Assembly: GCF_001194135.2 (NCBI RefSeq)
Contig: NC_069005.1
Coordinates: 1,343,246-1,406,588, forward strand
DNA length: 63,343 bases
DNA from: Octopus bimaculoides
Taxonomy: Eukaryota
Direction: 5' to 3'
The notes under the pieces are model-generated. The model made no database searches, was not told where the DNA came from, and saw nothing but the letters and a program-made list of their open reading frames with translations. A program made the position numbers and the translations under genes. Shown piece after piece: positions 1 to 14,499 of the stretch (position 1 is the stretch's first letter; each line of letters begins with the position of its first letter).

Positions 1-1007
1 CAAAAACAGCAAAACAAGTGTACAAAATTGTGTATTAAATAAAAATTTGCACCCACGAACTGGGGGTGAGGAGAGGACTTTCGGAAAATTCACACGATCC
101 GATTTTTTTCCTCATAACTTTCGGGAAAATGGATATCTTTTAATGAAACTTTAAACTAGAGATCAACCTTGTCTTTGAGCGTTTCTTTTTCATCGACCCC
201 TCCCACTCCGCAAAAAAAAAAAAAAAAGGATAGACTCTCAGCCATACATTGAACCCGCAGCGCTGATAACGAAGACTTCATCTTTATGGAATATAACTTT
301 GCAGACACACAGGTCATCTGATCAAGCAGACATATAAATCAAAGCACATTCCCTCCATGACATTCCGTCGCGAATATGATTTGAGGGATAGAGACCCTCC
401 GTCCCACGTGTCTCAGCATTTGAGGGACTGTTAGTTTCTATTTCTATTCGAGTCATCCACCTAGAGGCTTCTTCGTTGACTCGGGGCTAGACATTTCTAC
501 ACAGAACCTGAATAAACAAACTGATATATGACTTAAAACATTCCAGCCATGACCATCCCATATTTTTATCATTATTTCATGAGTCTCACATTATCTGAAG
601 ATTGTAATTACTTTTATTACGAATTTATGAATGCCATTTTCGTCACCAGCATGTAAAAATACATCAAAACTACATTAAAAAACAATAATAATAATAATCA
701 GGTGAAAATTGAAAACCTTCAAATGGTTGGAAGAAATTAACAAGATCCCCCGTTTTTCCTTCTTTTAGATTCGGCTGTAATTCGAGGACGATTTGGCTGC
801 TATTTCTAGCATGCCCAGCAACTGCGGATCTCCCCTCACCATCGCCCGAAATAGTTGTGTATATAGTAAATAAGATTATTTTGGGAAAGTCATTTTCGTA
901 GGAATTAGGGTTAATTAGTTTATTGTCCTGTAGTTGGTAATTAAATACTACAATTTATATTTGTTGCGTACGTGACCAGCACACACATATAATGTGTGTA
1001 TACTGCG

Positions 1008-1046
<39 letters not shown>

Positions 1047-1492
1047 GTATGTATAATGTTACTTTTTCTGGGACTTTTCCGCCCTCAATGATTTGTTTAT
1101 TCAACCAATGAAGTTTAGTCTCCCACCATAAGTAAATGTTTTTTTCTTCTGCTTCCTACAAGTTGATAAACAATACCACATATGTGTGTGTGTGTGTGTA
1201 ATTCTTGAGGAAGAATATTATTGATAACGACTTGGAAATTTCGGTTGATGGCTTCGAAGTCACTGTCAATAATATCCGTGTTTAAAAATAATAAATTTGT
1301 ACTCTACACAAAAATATAGAGCAACCCAGCAGATTATNNNNNNNNNNNNNNNNNNNNNNNNNNNNNNNNNNNNNNNNNNNNNNNNNNNNNNNNNNNNNNN
1401 NNNNNNNNNNNNNNNNNNNNNNNNNNNNNNNNNNNNNNNNNNNNNNNNNNNNNNNNNNNNNNNNNNNNNNNNNNNNNNNNNNNNNNNNNNNN

Positions 1493-1544
<52 letters not shown>

Positions 1545-4500
1545 CACACACATACATACATACACATGTGTGTGCGTGTGTAGTTTCTCACGATTTTCCT
1601 GTGAATTTTTGGCTGCAATTAGTTTTGCTGCTGGTGCTGCTGCTACTACTACTACAACTTACCAACAGAGGAGCCTCTAGGTGGTATCTCAACCTGCTAG
1701 GAATAACAGCTAAATAATCCTAAAATCATGCTATACCGTCTTAAAAAAATAAGGAATACATATTGGACGACGTAATCGGTTACTCTTAGATACACTATGC
1801 TTAAGAAAATAATAATGTTAATAAAGTGTGTGTGTTGTGGGGAGATGGTATGGCCGGAAGGTTTATTGATCGAAAGGTCTGACCTAGGGCTATATAACCA
1901 CCATCGTTGGTGAACAGAGAAAGATTGCTTTCAAATCTTAATTTAACCATTAATTAATTACCACTATTTTAATGAAGTTTATAATTTATCTGGATGTGAA
2001 ATGTTGAATGTATTTTATTTGACTCTGAAAAAAAAAGTTTGTCCTTGTTTATAATTATAAGGTGGCCATCACAACATGATACCCCCTCCCCTTTTTAAAC
2101 AGAAATAACTGGCATTCGAGAAAGGAATGGCACACACCTCAGAGCGTTGAACAAAATATTTTGCAGTTATTTACGTACGGCGCTTTAAAGCTCCGAGTTC
2201 AAATCCCGCCGAAACCAACTTTGTTTTTCATCTTTTCGGATTCGAATAAATATAGGGTAAAGACCTTATTTTTGGTACAAAACAGAAGGGACCACATTCT
2301 AAACGATATGCAACATTCATCTAGTTTATAAAAATAAATCACCATTTTATATAAGTGATTGCTATGATTAATTAAACCGAGTTAATTAGCGTTTTATTGT
2401 ATATTTTATATTCATAAAAACAGCTCACTCAAGAATTTTTGCAGACATTTGGGGATTCCATATGTATTGAATAAATAATAATTTCTGACCCGACGAGGGA
2501 ACCTGTTATTAAATAACACTAATTAAACGGACGTAATTACCATTTTATCGTATATTTTATAAATAATCAAACACCATATTTTCGGCTTTTTGTTGACATT
2601 TTATAGATTCCATCATGTTTCAATGTTGTCCTTTCTGTTTTGGAAGGAGATCGTTCTTTTCGTACAAATTGGGTATTTTAACTCGTTAAGTTCCCGTCAA
2701 GTACTGGGGTGAATGACATCGGTTAACGCCTTCTACTTAAATCAGAAACTATAATTTGAATTTTATATAATTTCATTTGTTTTTGGTCACATTTCGCCCG
2801 GAGATCTTTGATAGGGAGCTGGGTGGTGATGCTAGAGTAAATAGTATCTTAATTCTAGTTTCTTTAGCACTAAAATAGATGAGACATAATTCTCGGCATA
2901 AAATATGTAAGATGCCAGCCAGCCTGTCTTAAGAAGCATTTCCCATGCTTGTTTGTTTATTCCCTTACTTGAACGTTTCTTATTTAGGTGTCGCGCCCAG
3001 AAGGAAAGACTTACTGGCACATCCGCAAAGGATTTTGAAATACTTTATCCACTTGGCTTTATTATTCTTACATCAGATTTACTGGAGGGAGGTGCGGAGA
3101 AGAGATGTGACGTTAATGTCTTTCCCAAAAGCATCAACAATGTAGATGAAATGGTTTTCGGGATGGGCTGGCATCCCTCTCTTGAAGTACATCCAGTTTA
3201 GGCTCAGTAGTTCAGGTACTTAAATGGAGGACGCCTGTTGGTTTTACCAGAAATATTTGATAATATTGTTAATAATATTTATTATTAATACAACAAACTG
3301 CATACTATAATAAATGATTATATTTTATTTTTGCATCAATTATTATTATTATTATTATTTTTCCCTTAATCAAACTGGTTTTAACTTTTGTAAATATGGT
3401 TTTAGTGCTAATATTTTTTTTTTGTTAAATTTTTTATTTAACCACTTGTGGTTCTAGTTTTGGGTTCAGTCCCACTACATGGCACTTTGGGCAAATGTCT
3501 TCTAGTATTGCTCAGGGCCGGCCAAAGCCCGTGAATGGATCTGCTTGCTAGAAAATTAAAGAAGTTTGTCGTGTGTGTGTGTCTCCTTGTCTTGACATCA
3601 TAAAATGATTTTAAAGAGCAACATCATTATGATAACAATGTCATTTGTTTCCAGTGTTTTGTGAAAAACGTATCTGGTCATGGGGAAACCTTGTTCAGGA
3701 GGAGGTGAGGGTTAGTGACAGGAAGGACTTTGGCCATAAAAAAATCTGCCTCAACAAAATCCATCAGAACCATGCCATATGAAGCTTATCCAGGACAGAT
3801 AAGCCACTGATGTTTGCCCAACACAAGGTGTTAACCCAGTCTCATGAAAGATGGTAGCACCTTGAGTGCTGATCACATAAATCAAGAGAAGTGCTGCTGG
3901 CCACATCTGTTGTATTTGCATTAATTTTTGTAAAACACAAAATTTATCATTATGATTCTTATTATTGTAGTTAGTTATTTATTTCAATTTTTTTTTTTTT
4001 TTCGTAAGATATACTTGACTATACTTGTGATATACTTAGAGACATCATTAGCATGGTTTCCTCGGGTTATAGGGCGTTTTGGATCTTTCATCAATCACAC
4101 ACCATCACCCTGATGTCTGTCAGAAATGGCTAACGTCCAGTTTGTGTCCAGACAGCACCACTACTCCGAGGGCTCACACCTCCTGCAGTACAACCATCGT
4201 GAAGCAACCTCTGCAGAAGGACTGGTGCTGAAGACCCCGCATTCCACCTTCATGGGATCATACCGTGTTTCCTCCCTGGTACCTACCCTCGGTTCTATTA
4301 TACAAATTTCCTGTTTTTAAAGCAATATGAATGAAAATCTTCCTTCAAAATTCCATGTTAATTTATGCTTCATGTAGCAGCTTAATAATAAGAAAATTAT
4401 TTTTCTAAATTCTTTATTATTTTCTACGTTGAGACAAGGCAGAGTATTTCAAGAGAAATATGGTAAGAAAAGGGTTTGATATTTCAGGGCTGTGTTTGGC

Positions 4501-6290
4501 AAAATTTTTAATTCTCATATTGTCTGTCTCTTGTCTTACCCCATTCCTGTATGGAAGACATTAAATGATTATGGTGATGATGATGATGTTTCAATACTAT
4601 GAATAGGTAAAGCTTATCACTAATCATTAGATAGAAGCAGGGTGGGGTGGGGTGGGGGGAAAACTATAAGGAATGTGTTTTGTTGGCTTGTTTGTGCCAA
4701 GTTGAAAATCTTCCAACAGACTTGGATTTGATCCTGACACCTGCACACCGACACACATCCACCAGTTCTCTATCATATCGCTTGAAGGATTAGTAATCTA
4801 TGCATAGGTTTTAGTCAGTATGGTATGAATTACGATAGGGTGTTTCATCATCATCATCATCATCATCATCAGCTGGTAAAAATGAGTTGTACCTGTAATT
4901 CAAAGGGTGGGGCAGCCATGTCACATTCTGTGTCATGCTGAATCTCCCTGAGAATTATGTTAAGGGTATGTGTGTGGCTGTGGAGTACTCAGCCACTTGC
5001 ATGTTAAGTTCACGTGCAAGCTGTTCCATTGATTGGATCAACTTGGACCCTCTTCACTGTAACTGACAGACACCCAGGCCTACATAAGTTTGTAGGTGAA
5101 CCCTCCTATATTTCTTGGAAGGTGAGGGCACCAGCAGTGGTCCCTCTTGACCCTCTTACAATTCAGCAGAGAGAAAGAGATAGGAGTTGACCCCAGTATT
5201 TTTTTTTTAATCTTTTAATCAGACTGGAAGGCAATGCCCATGACCCTATTCCCATTACAAGCTTTTGAGACTGGTGGGAGTGAAAGAGGAAGGGATCCCC
5301 AAACAGAAAACTTGACCTTAATGCTTGTAACACAGTAGTGCCCTTTAAAGGCATCTAAAGCGCCAGGTGATGATGTTAAGCCGGGTGATGCCTTAAGTAT
5401 ATCATAAAAGGAAGCCACTGTGGGATTTGAACTCAGAACACAAAGAACTGGAACAAATACCACAAGGCATCTGCTCTGACATTCTTACAGTTCCACTAAT
5501 CCATTACCTTGGATTGGTGCTTATCACCACCTCCACCTCCCATCAACAGTGAAAGGCAATGATGATCTCAGCAGGATTTGAACTCAGAACATAGAGACAC
5601 AATGAATAGTGCAAAGCGTTCTGCCCAATGTGCCAACGACCGCTACTTTATTTATCAATGCTTGAGGAATGACAGGCAAAATTGATCCTGGCAGGAACTG
5701 AGCTCAGTGCCACTCCAGTCACTGAGTCACTGCAATGCACTCACTGCTCTACCAATTCTGTCAATCACCTAACCTAAGTGGTTATATGGTAGAAGTTTCC
5801 CTAAATTCTTAGTAATAAAGTTGTGCTTAATTCCTCGTCTAGACTACTTATTAGGAAGTTTCTGAAGCAAATAGGCATAAGTATAAACTACTTTTCATAA
5901 TTAAAGTATAATATATGCATATGTAAATTTGTTAACATGTGACTTATGGGTAAATATAATTACTGACATTAAAATATGCTGATTGGTTTCGTTATTAGCA
6001 GACTTATGTAATTAGAGTTTTACGTACAGTGAGATTTTGTTTTTCAAATTTGGAGAAAAACCATTTTTTAAAAACTTTAACAGTCGAGATTTCAATCCTT
6101 GGATTATATTTAATGTGTCTTAACTGTTTTGTTTCTGTATTTCTAATAATATGTGCTACCTGTATTTAAATTAATTTTAAAAATCTTTTATCTTTTACCT
6201 GTTTCACTCATTAGATGGTGGCTAGCCTTGGAGAATATTAGTCGAATATCTTGACTCCACTGCTTGGTTTTTTTCTTTTTTAGCTAATAA

Positions 6291-6510
6291 GACGGCGAGC
6301 AGGCAGAATCGTTAGCATGCTGGGCAAACTGCTTAGCGGTAATTTGTCTGAGTTCTGAGTTCAAATTCCGCCTAGGTTGACTTTGCCTTTCATCCTTTCA
6401 GGGTCTATAAATTAAGTACCAGTTGAGCACTGGGGTAAATATTATTGACTATACCCCTCCCCCAAATTTCAGGCCTTGTGCCTATAGTAAAAAGGATTAT
6501 TATTATTAGT
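6291..6510 (+). mobile_element. tRNA-derived SINE family 1, (ATT)n-tailed
   Basis: A-box-like ggcagaatcg, B-box-like gagttcaaattcc, central gttgactttgcctttcatcctttcagggtctataaattaagtaccag, (ATT)n tail. The central block resembles the Sauria/MetaSINE-type core (from memory, unverified). Confidence 0.75.
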
Positions 6511-7282
6511 AGTAGTAGTACAGCTGTATTACTGCTAAGAACCTTCATTTAATAGCAGTTATCTGTTATGGGGTTAAAACATTTTTTTTTACCCCTATTA
6601 GAATATAAAGGAATTATTGTGGGAGGTGCCAACCATTTGTTGCTAAGGAAGAGAATAAATTTTTTATCCAAGATTATATCTAAGACAATTCTGAGACGTA
6701 AATTAGTAAATTATTTGTCACCCACAAACTCATTTAGTTCAAATATTTTGCGACTGACATTTTAAATAATTAAAAAAGANNNNNNNNNNACAAAAAAGCA
6801 TTTGAAAATCAACAATAAAAAAAAACCATGAACAAAAATAAAAGATCATGTTTTGTTTTTGTTTTTGTTTTGGAAGATTGTTGTTGGATTTTTCGTTTTT
6901 TCCTTTTCTCTGGAATTTGATACTTGCAGGAGTGTTTGGAGATGTTCTGGGCCAAATTCCATTGTCTGAACACTTGTGCTTTTTTCTGCTGTTGTCATAA
7001 ATAGGCCGGTGGAGCTGAGAACTAGCGCCGTTGGTATCAGACTTGCCTGTGGGAACCAAACTGCTTCTGATGGTTACATTTCTGCTGGAAGAACAGGAAA
7101 TAATTCTACGACACATTTATATCGGCATCATTGCTTCTCTTCCTTATTATTCCACCAGATTTCCAATTGGTTTAACTTAAACAGAGATGAATATATTTTG
7201 TTGTATCTTGGGTGGGTCATTATGGCAATAATAAACACATGTACTGGTTCCATTTCATTTATTATTATTATTATTATTATGA

Positions 7283-7700
7283 AGTTGGCGAACTTGCAGA
7301 AATGTTAGCATGCCGGGTGAAATACTTAGCGGTATTTTGTCTGTCTTTATATTCTGAGTTCAAATTCTGTCGAGGTTGACTTTGCCTTTTATCCTTTCGG
7401 GGTCAATAAATTAAGTACCAGTTGCATACTGAGGTCAATGTAATCAACTGGCCCCCCTCCCCAAAAATTTTGGGCCTTGTGCCTAGAGTAGAAAAGAAGC
7501 TGTTAGCATGGCGGGTAAAATGCTTAGCAACATTTCATTTCTCTTTGCGTTCTGAGTTCAAATACTGCTAGGGTCAACTTTGCCTTTCGTCCTTTCAGGG
7601 TCAATGAAATAAAGACTAGTTGAGAGCACTGGAGTTGATGTAATTGTCTTGCCCACTCTCCTGAAATTGCTGGCCTTGTGCCAAGATTTGAAATCATAAT
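7283..7700 (+). mobile_element. Two tandem SINE family 1 copies
   Basis: Head-core-tail at 7283-7497 repeated at about 7500-7700, preceded by (ATT)n. Confidence 0.7.
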
Positions 7701-9890
7701 TATCAGTATTGTTTGACAGCCCGTGGTGGCAAGGTGGCAGAATCACCACTGCTGTTTCTAGCATGTCGGGCAACTTCTTATAACCTGCCTCTTTGGCTCA
7801 TACCACTATCACTACCGATATATAAATATAGTGACAGAGGCATGAATGCCTTTCCATTACATAATAAAAGAAATTATATTGACTAAAGTTTATAAATGTT
7901 AAAGTTTTGTGGTGGAGTAGCCATGATTAGACCTGTCTACATGAACCTGTGATACAAATATAATTGAAGTATTTTAATTAGCGTTAACATATTTAATGAA
8001 GTAAGCATCAAAGATCTAATTTATACATTAGGTCAATGATTAATGCTATTTTAATTAATTTTGGCAGCAAGTACCTAAGACGGTATTTTTTTTAAATGTG
8101 GAACAGACCTTGTTAAACTCAATGTAATGTCGATAGATTTAAAAGTAAATTTAATTCAGTGGAACTGTCTTAATGAAAATCATCCTTATTGGGATTAATT
8201 TGATTAAGATAGATCTTATTGGGTCTATCTTACTGAAGACAATCTTTATTAATGAAGATAGTCTTTATTCACAGTATCAATGAGGTTATTGGATGTTGTC
8301 ATACACCACTGGTCACAGTGCACTTCCTCATATTGTTGTAGCTTTCAAATGATACCTCTGCACTGGTTAGGCATGCAGAGCAACGTTCTCCCTGAATGGG
8401 ACACCAGTCCCTTAGAAGGGTGGCCCGTTTGTAGTTGAGTGGACTGGACCAATGTGTAGTGAAGTGTTTTGCTTGAGAACACAATGCACTGCCGTTCTGG
8501 GAATTGAAACCATGATCTTGCAATAAGGGATGCAACACTCTAACCACAATGCCATACTCCTTCACAGTCCTTATTACACCTACCTTAATGAGGGTAGATC
8601 TGTTGGACCTAACTTTCTTGGAGCTCCAGAGCTTGTCTGAGACAATGTGAAGGAAGAAACTTGATTCAGGGGGAAAGAAACATGGATGCTGCACTGTTGC
8701 ATTATGACAAGACAATGGCTCATGCACCATTCCTTGTCCAAGACTTTTTGGCAAAGCATGAAATGACTCTCATCTCCCAGTTGCCTCACTTTCTGGATTT
8801 GGTTTCCAAAACTGAAATCCACATTGATTTCAGATCATAGAAGAGATTGAAGAATATTCATAACAAGAACTGTGTACCAAACCCTGGAAGTGTTTCAGCT
8901 GATGCTTATAAACCATTTTAAAGGAGGCAAGTCTGATTAAATTGTAGGTAAAGCAATAAAGTACGTTTTTTCTGAAAAAAAATTTTTTTTTTGTAAAACT
9001 GACATGTAGGTGGTATTGCTGAGTGAGCAAGGATTCAGAAGCTGTTTTGGTAAAAATTCTAACCGAAGCCTGCTTCTCTCAGTTGTTGGAGATTCTCTTG
9101 TAAAATTCAGGAATTAAAACATGTTGAAGGAGATTTGGCTGTCATACTGAGGAGATTAAATGATTATAAAGAAATTCGCTGATTGGTTTCAGAAGCTGTT
9201 TGTTGACTTGTTTAAAAATGTTATCTTTAAATGTATTTTTGTGTTTGTTCCATGAAGGATTAAAAAGTAAGTTTAGCTTAAGACAAATACATTTGTTAGA
9301 AAAGCAGCCAGATTTCACTTAATGCACATCCTATCATCTTAAAATGCCAGGAGGAAAAAGGACATGTTGTTAACATTATAGTTCCATATTTCCAAAAAGA
9401 CAGTTTGCATAGTTTGAGCTTACTTTGTGAAGAGTGAAAAGAATTCAATATGTTTTGAGGTTTTAGAACAATAGAATAAATGTATTAAATACATAGAGAG
9501 AGAGAGAGAGAGAGAGAGAGTAAACATAAGACATGCAAGATAAGTGCACATACTAGGTTTGGTGGCAGTTAATGGGTAAAGGAATGTTACACAACACATA
9601 CGCACTCAGGTCCTGGGGTGCTGCCAGGGGAGTCTACTCTGATGCAAGCGTCCAGACCAGATCTGTGTATAAGCCTTGATAAAGCCTAATCTTATTGCTT
9701 CTACAACATTGACCTTTCCTTTCTTCATTTCCTCCTATACATCAGTCCTTGAGCTCCTATAAAAGGCTATGGGCCTTCCCCTTCCTTACCTGACTAAATC
9801 ATATTGTATTTTCCAGTATATTTCGAGTCAATGTAGTACATAGTGCAAACATGTAGTGAAAATATTCACATCCCCAAAAAGAACCCAAAC

Positions 9891-10129
9891 TTAAGCCCTT
9901 TAGCATTTAAACTGGCCACATCCGGCCCAAATATTCTACCTTGTTTTGTTTTCAAATTGGCCTGAGATCCAGCCTCTCATACTGACCTTGCAATGTCATA
10001 AAAATAAACAATCTCATCATCAAAATCTGGAAGCTACACAGTAATTAATGCATGATTAATTAAAAAAAAAAGAAATGTGAATAAGTAAGCATTAGATTTG
10101 ACAGAATAACCTGAAAGTTAAAGGGTTAA
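9891..10129. mobile_element. TTAA-flanked MITE family A (piggyBac-like ends)
   Basis: TTAA(g)CCCTTTAGCATTT...AGTTAAAGGG-TTAA terminal inverted repeats. Confidence 0.65.
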
Positions 10130-11279
10130 GATATGGGGCCCCTATTTTGTGAGTCATAGGAATTTCAGGGGATGACTAGGGCCTGTGAAGACCATTCCTA
10201 TCTGTATTCGTAAGCCACTATATGTGACTGGTGGTAGGTCATCCTTGTGTTATGTCTCCTCACCACAGGATGCTCGTAGACATGGTCCAACGCTACCAAG
10301 AAGCCATCAGATTCTGGAGCAGACACCACCAGGAATTCCCTGTTGCCCTCCAGTTAGCCAGGTTGCGGCCCTAGTACTACCAGTGTCAGACCTGTGTGCC
10401 TTGGGTGGCCCTACTAGGGACTCTGAAATCCCCGATGGCATAGCTCTGACACTCGCTTGTTTAACCTTCCCACCGTAATGCGGTCAAGGGTCAGGTTTTG
10501 AAACGAGGTTCTCATAGTGAAAGAGAGATGACTAGAATTTTTATCCTGTATTTTCTGACATTACAAGTGGACGTAGTAAATAATGCAAACATGTAGTGTA
10601 AACATTCAAACATCATTCACTGTCTTTCCAAACCCTGCTACATTTCACATGGAATTTTTGCTCCCTCCAAAGTCATCTTCTTGTATAAGTCGAGATCTAC
10701 CTTTTCTTTTTTGTTTTTTTTGTGTGTAAATTTGGGTCTAAAAAATTCCATTTGTTTGCTGGAAAGTATGGTAACAAAAATAAGAACACAATTTGGTGGA
10801 AATTTGCTCTGGTTAACCAAGTATACTTCGCCTGCTATAGAGACAACATTAACAAGAAAAGAATTTAAAACTCCAAATGCCCCCCCACCCCACGCACCCA
10901 AAAAATAAAAATCATACAAACAAAACTAAAACAGTTTATTTAGAGTGAAGGTATTATGTAGTGTAAAGGTTGGGTGTTTTGTTTGTCTGTTTTTTTTTTG
11001 TTTTTTTTTAGCCTCATTCCCTGACACTTTAAACTAGGAGCAATAGTAAATTTAGTTGCCCCCCCTCTCTGTCTCACACACACACACTCTCTCTTTTCCT
11101 ACTCTGCCTTCTCCCCCTCCTGTCATTCCTTTAGTCACTTTATTGCAGTGCTTGTGTTTTTCTTTTTCTTTTTTGAGTGGACTTGCTCTTAGCTGTATTA
11201 TTTGAAATTACATACCATTGTCTGTGTGTGTGTGTGTGTGTACAAGTATATACTTGCACACAAAACATTTTGATTAACT

Positions 11280-11324
<45 letters not shown>

Positions 11325-11929
11325 CTATGTATCTATGTATATGGTTACATCATTTAATGTCCAGTTTCTTATGCTTAACATGGGTCAGATAGAATTTGTT
11401 GAGATAGCTTTCCTACAGCTGGATGCCTTTCCTGTCACCAACCTTCACCTGCTTCCAGGCAAGGTAATATCTCCCTATGGCCAGACATGGTTTTCATGGA
11501 AAACTGGAAACAATATCACGTGTATGACAGTGATGCATGCTTATACAACGATCATGTAATGCCAAGACAAGAGTACACACACACACAAGAGGCTTCTTTC
11601 AGTTTCCATCTGCCAAATCCACTCACAAGGCTTTGGTTGATAATATAATAGAAGACACTTGTTTCAGGTTCCATATTGCGGGACTGAACCCAAGGCTACA
11701 TATGGCCTCATCTGTGCTGATCATCTTGTATAGTAAATCAGGTTGTATAAGAAGGTGTCATTCCTAAAGACTGAAACAGCAGCATCATTGTCCACTGCTT
11801 ACAAGGGCAAAAGGGACACATTGAAGAGGGAGGTAACTGCAGCAGCACTGACGCCTCTGTAGCTGCTTTCAATACCCAAGCAACTCTCAAGAATTAGTAG
11901 ATAGCTACACCTGGAAATCAAAGCAAGCT

Positions 11930-12260
11930 GCGTGGCACCTTGGGCAAGTGTCTTCTCCTATAGCCTCGAGGCAACCAAAGCCTTGTGAGTGGATTTGGTT
12001 GACAGAAACTAAAAGAAGCCCGTCGTATATACATATGTGTGTGTGTGTGTGTATGTTTGTGTGTCTGTGTTTATTCATCCACTATCGCTTGACAACCGAT
12101 GCTGGTGTGTTTATGTCCCCATAACTTAGCAGATTTGCAAAAGAGACCTATACAATAAGTACTAGGCTTACGAGGAATAATTCCTGGGGTTGATTTGTTT
12201 GACTAAAGGCAGTGCTCCAGCATGGCCACAGTCAAATGACTGAAACTAATAAAAGAATAC
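11930..12260 (+). mobile_element. SINE family 2, 5'-truncated
   Basis: ggcaccttgggcaagtgtcttc...aaagccttgtgagtggatttgg...gcagtgctccagcatggcc. Other copies or fragments near 3440, 11560(-), 15050(-), 21180, 30490(-), 34770(-), 37320(-), 42245, 54310, 60680 and 61175(-). Confidence 0.7.
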
Positions 12261-12659
12261 AAATATATGTATATATATATATATACATATATAAATATAT
12301 ATGTGTGTGTATGTGTGTGTGTGTATATATATATGCATCTACATAGCTCTGCATAAACACACCAGATGATAGAATAGAGTGACGAAAGAGAAAGAACCCA
12401 TGAACAGGAGATGGAACAATGCAAAGAAACCAATATTTCCTTTGTATTTCTCTTATTAAAAAAAAAAGAATTGCTTTCCAGGAACTTTATGAAACCTTAA
12501 AATATCTTTATGGAAATATATAGATTTAAAAGTATTGATGGATATTTTGGTGGGGGAACGGAGTGGTGTTAATGTAAAAATTATATTAAAATAGCTTAAA
12601 ATTATTTATTAATTTATTTTGTTTTTAGTTTCAATTTCTCGTTTTGATAAAAAAAAAAA

Positions 12660-13573
12660 NNNNNNNNNNNNNNNNNNNNNNNNNNNNNNNNNNNNNNNNN
12701 NNNNNNNNNNNNNNNNNNNNNNNNNNNNNNNNNNNNNNNNNNNNNNNNNNNNNNNNNNNNNNNNNNNNNNNNNNNNNNNNNNNNNNNNNNNNNNNNNNNN
12801 NNNNNNNNNNNNNNNNNNNNNNNNNNNNNNNNNNNNNNNNNNNNNNNNNNNNNNNNNNNNNNNNNNNNNNNNNNNNNNNNNNNNNNNNNNNNNNNNNNNN
12901 NNNNNNNNNNNNNNNNNNNNNNNNNNNNNNNNNNNNNNNNNNNNNNNNNNNNNNNNNNNNNNNNNNNNNNNNNNNNNNNNNNNNNNNNNNNNNNNNNNNN
13001 NNNNNNNNNNNNNNNNNNNNNNNNNNNNNNNNNNNNNNNNNNNNNNNNNNNNNNNNNNNNNNNNNNNNNNNNNNNNNNNNNNNNNNNNNNNNNNNNNNNN
13101 NNNNNNNNNNNNNNNNNNNNNNNNNNNNNNNNNNNNNNNNNNNNNNNNNNNNNNNNNNNNNNNNNNNNNNNNNNNNNNNNNNNNNNNNNNNNNNNNNNNN
13201 NNNNNNNNNNNNNNNNNNNNNNNNNNNNNNNNNNNNNNNNNNNNNNNNNNNNNNNNNNNNNNNNNNNNNNNNNNNNNNNNNNNNNNNNNNNNNNNNNNNN
13301 NNNNNNNNNNNNNNNNNNNNNNNNNNNNNNNNNNNNNNNNNNNNNNNNNNNNNNNNNNNNNNNNNNNNNNNNNNNNNNNNNNNNNNNNNNNNNNNNNNNN
13401 NNNNNNNNNNNNNNNNNNNNNNNNNNNNNNNNNNNNNNNNNNNNNNNNNNNNNNNNNNNNNNNNNNNNNNNNNNNNNNNNNNNNNNNNNNNNNNNNNNNN
13501 NNNNNNNNNNNNNNNNNNNNNNNNNNNNNNNNNNNNNNNNNNNNNNNNNNNNNNNNNNNNNNNNNNNNNNNNN
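12660..13573. other. Largest assembly gap. Others: 1338-1492, 6780-6789, 16222-16871, 21866-21993, 27309-27700, 28033-28042, 36878-37261, 43761-44390, 45136-45145, 52423-52774
   Basis: N runs, most bordered by microsatellites or homopolymers. Small exons could be hidden in them. Confidence 1.
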
Positions 13574-14499
13574 CCCCCCCTCCACACCACCGATGTTATC
13601 CAAGCAGAAGACAAAGGTCGATGAATTGGAACAACATGAATTAACGCGTCTTCCTCAAGAAAACAACACACCACCTAGTCTGGGAATCGAACTCACTACC
13701 TCATGATTGTGAGCCCACTGCTCTAACCTACGAGCCAGGCAGTCACCAGTTTTTAAGCCCTCTTGCAGTAGTAGTTGGTGACTGGAAGAGCGTCCAGCTG
13801 TAAAAAAATCTGCCTCAGCAAATTTCATGTAACTCATCTATCAGCATGTGGAGGCACATGGCTTAGTGGTTAGGGTGTTGGACTCATGATCATAATAAGA
13901 TTGTGGTTTTGATTCCTGGACTGGGCGACATGTTGTGTTCTTGAGCAAAACACTTTATTTCACGTTGCTTCAGTCCACTCAGCTGGCAAAAATAAATAAA
14001 CCTGCAATGGACCGGTGTCCCATCCAGGTGCAGAATGTATATACTATGAAACCAGGAAACCGGCCCTTGTGAGTCGGCAGTGTTGCTCAAGAAGGCCACT
14101 TTACTGCATGGAGAAACATGTAAAAACAACAATTGATGGTAAATTGAAGTCGAAATCAAATGCAATGGTTTTCGGAAGTTTTATAATAGAATTAATGTTA
14201 AATTCATTAAAGTGCTTGCAATAGAATTAATGAATTTCAGTTTCATTGCTGAGAGGTCACTGAATTCATTAACTGGATGTTTACAAGTATGTGCATGCGT
14301 ATGTGTGAGAAAAGTATCTTTCTCTCACTCTCTTCTTCCCCCCTTTCTCTTTCTCTCTTCCTCTCCTCTTTCTCTCTCTCTCTCTCATGTATGCTTACGT
14401 GTTCATGTCCCTTTTCTTTAACTCTTAAAATAGTTTTATTTTCAAATTAAATGTTATATTTAAGTGTTTTTGAATAATAATCCTTTCTACCTTAAGCAT

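Noticed and set aside
2832-3201. Overlapping 60-80 aa ORFs and a minus-strand GTAAGT at 3009-3014
   Set aside because: No recognisable domain, stops in every extended frame, and no partner exon.
6739-7116. 125-aa minus-strand ORF
   Set aside because: The C-terminal half is A-rich low complexity and crosses a gap. No homology recognised.
12614-13674. Long ORFs of 130-350 aa in the ORF track (also at 16076, 27277, 36728, 43582, 52271)
   Set aside because: They are artefacts of reading through N-gaps and microsatellites.
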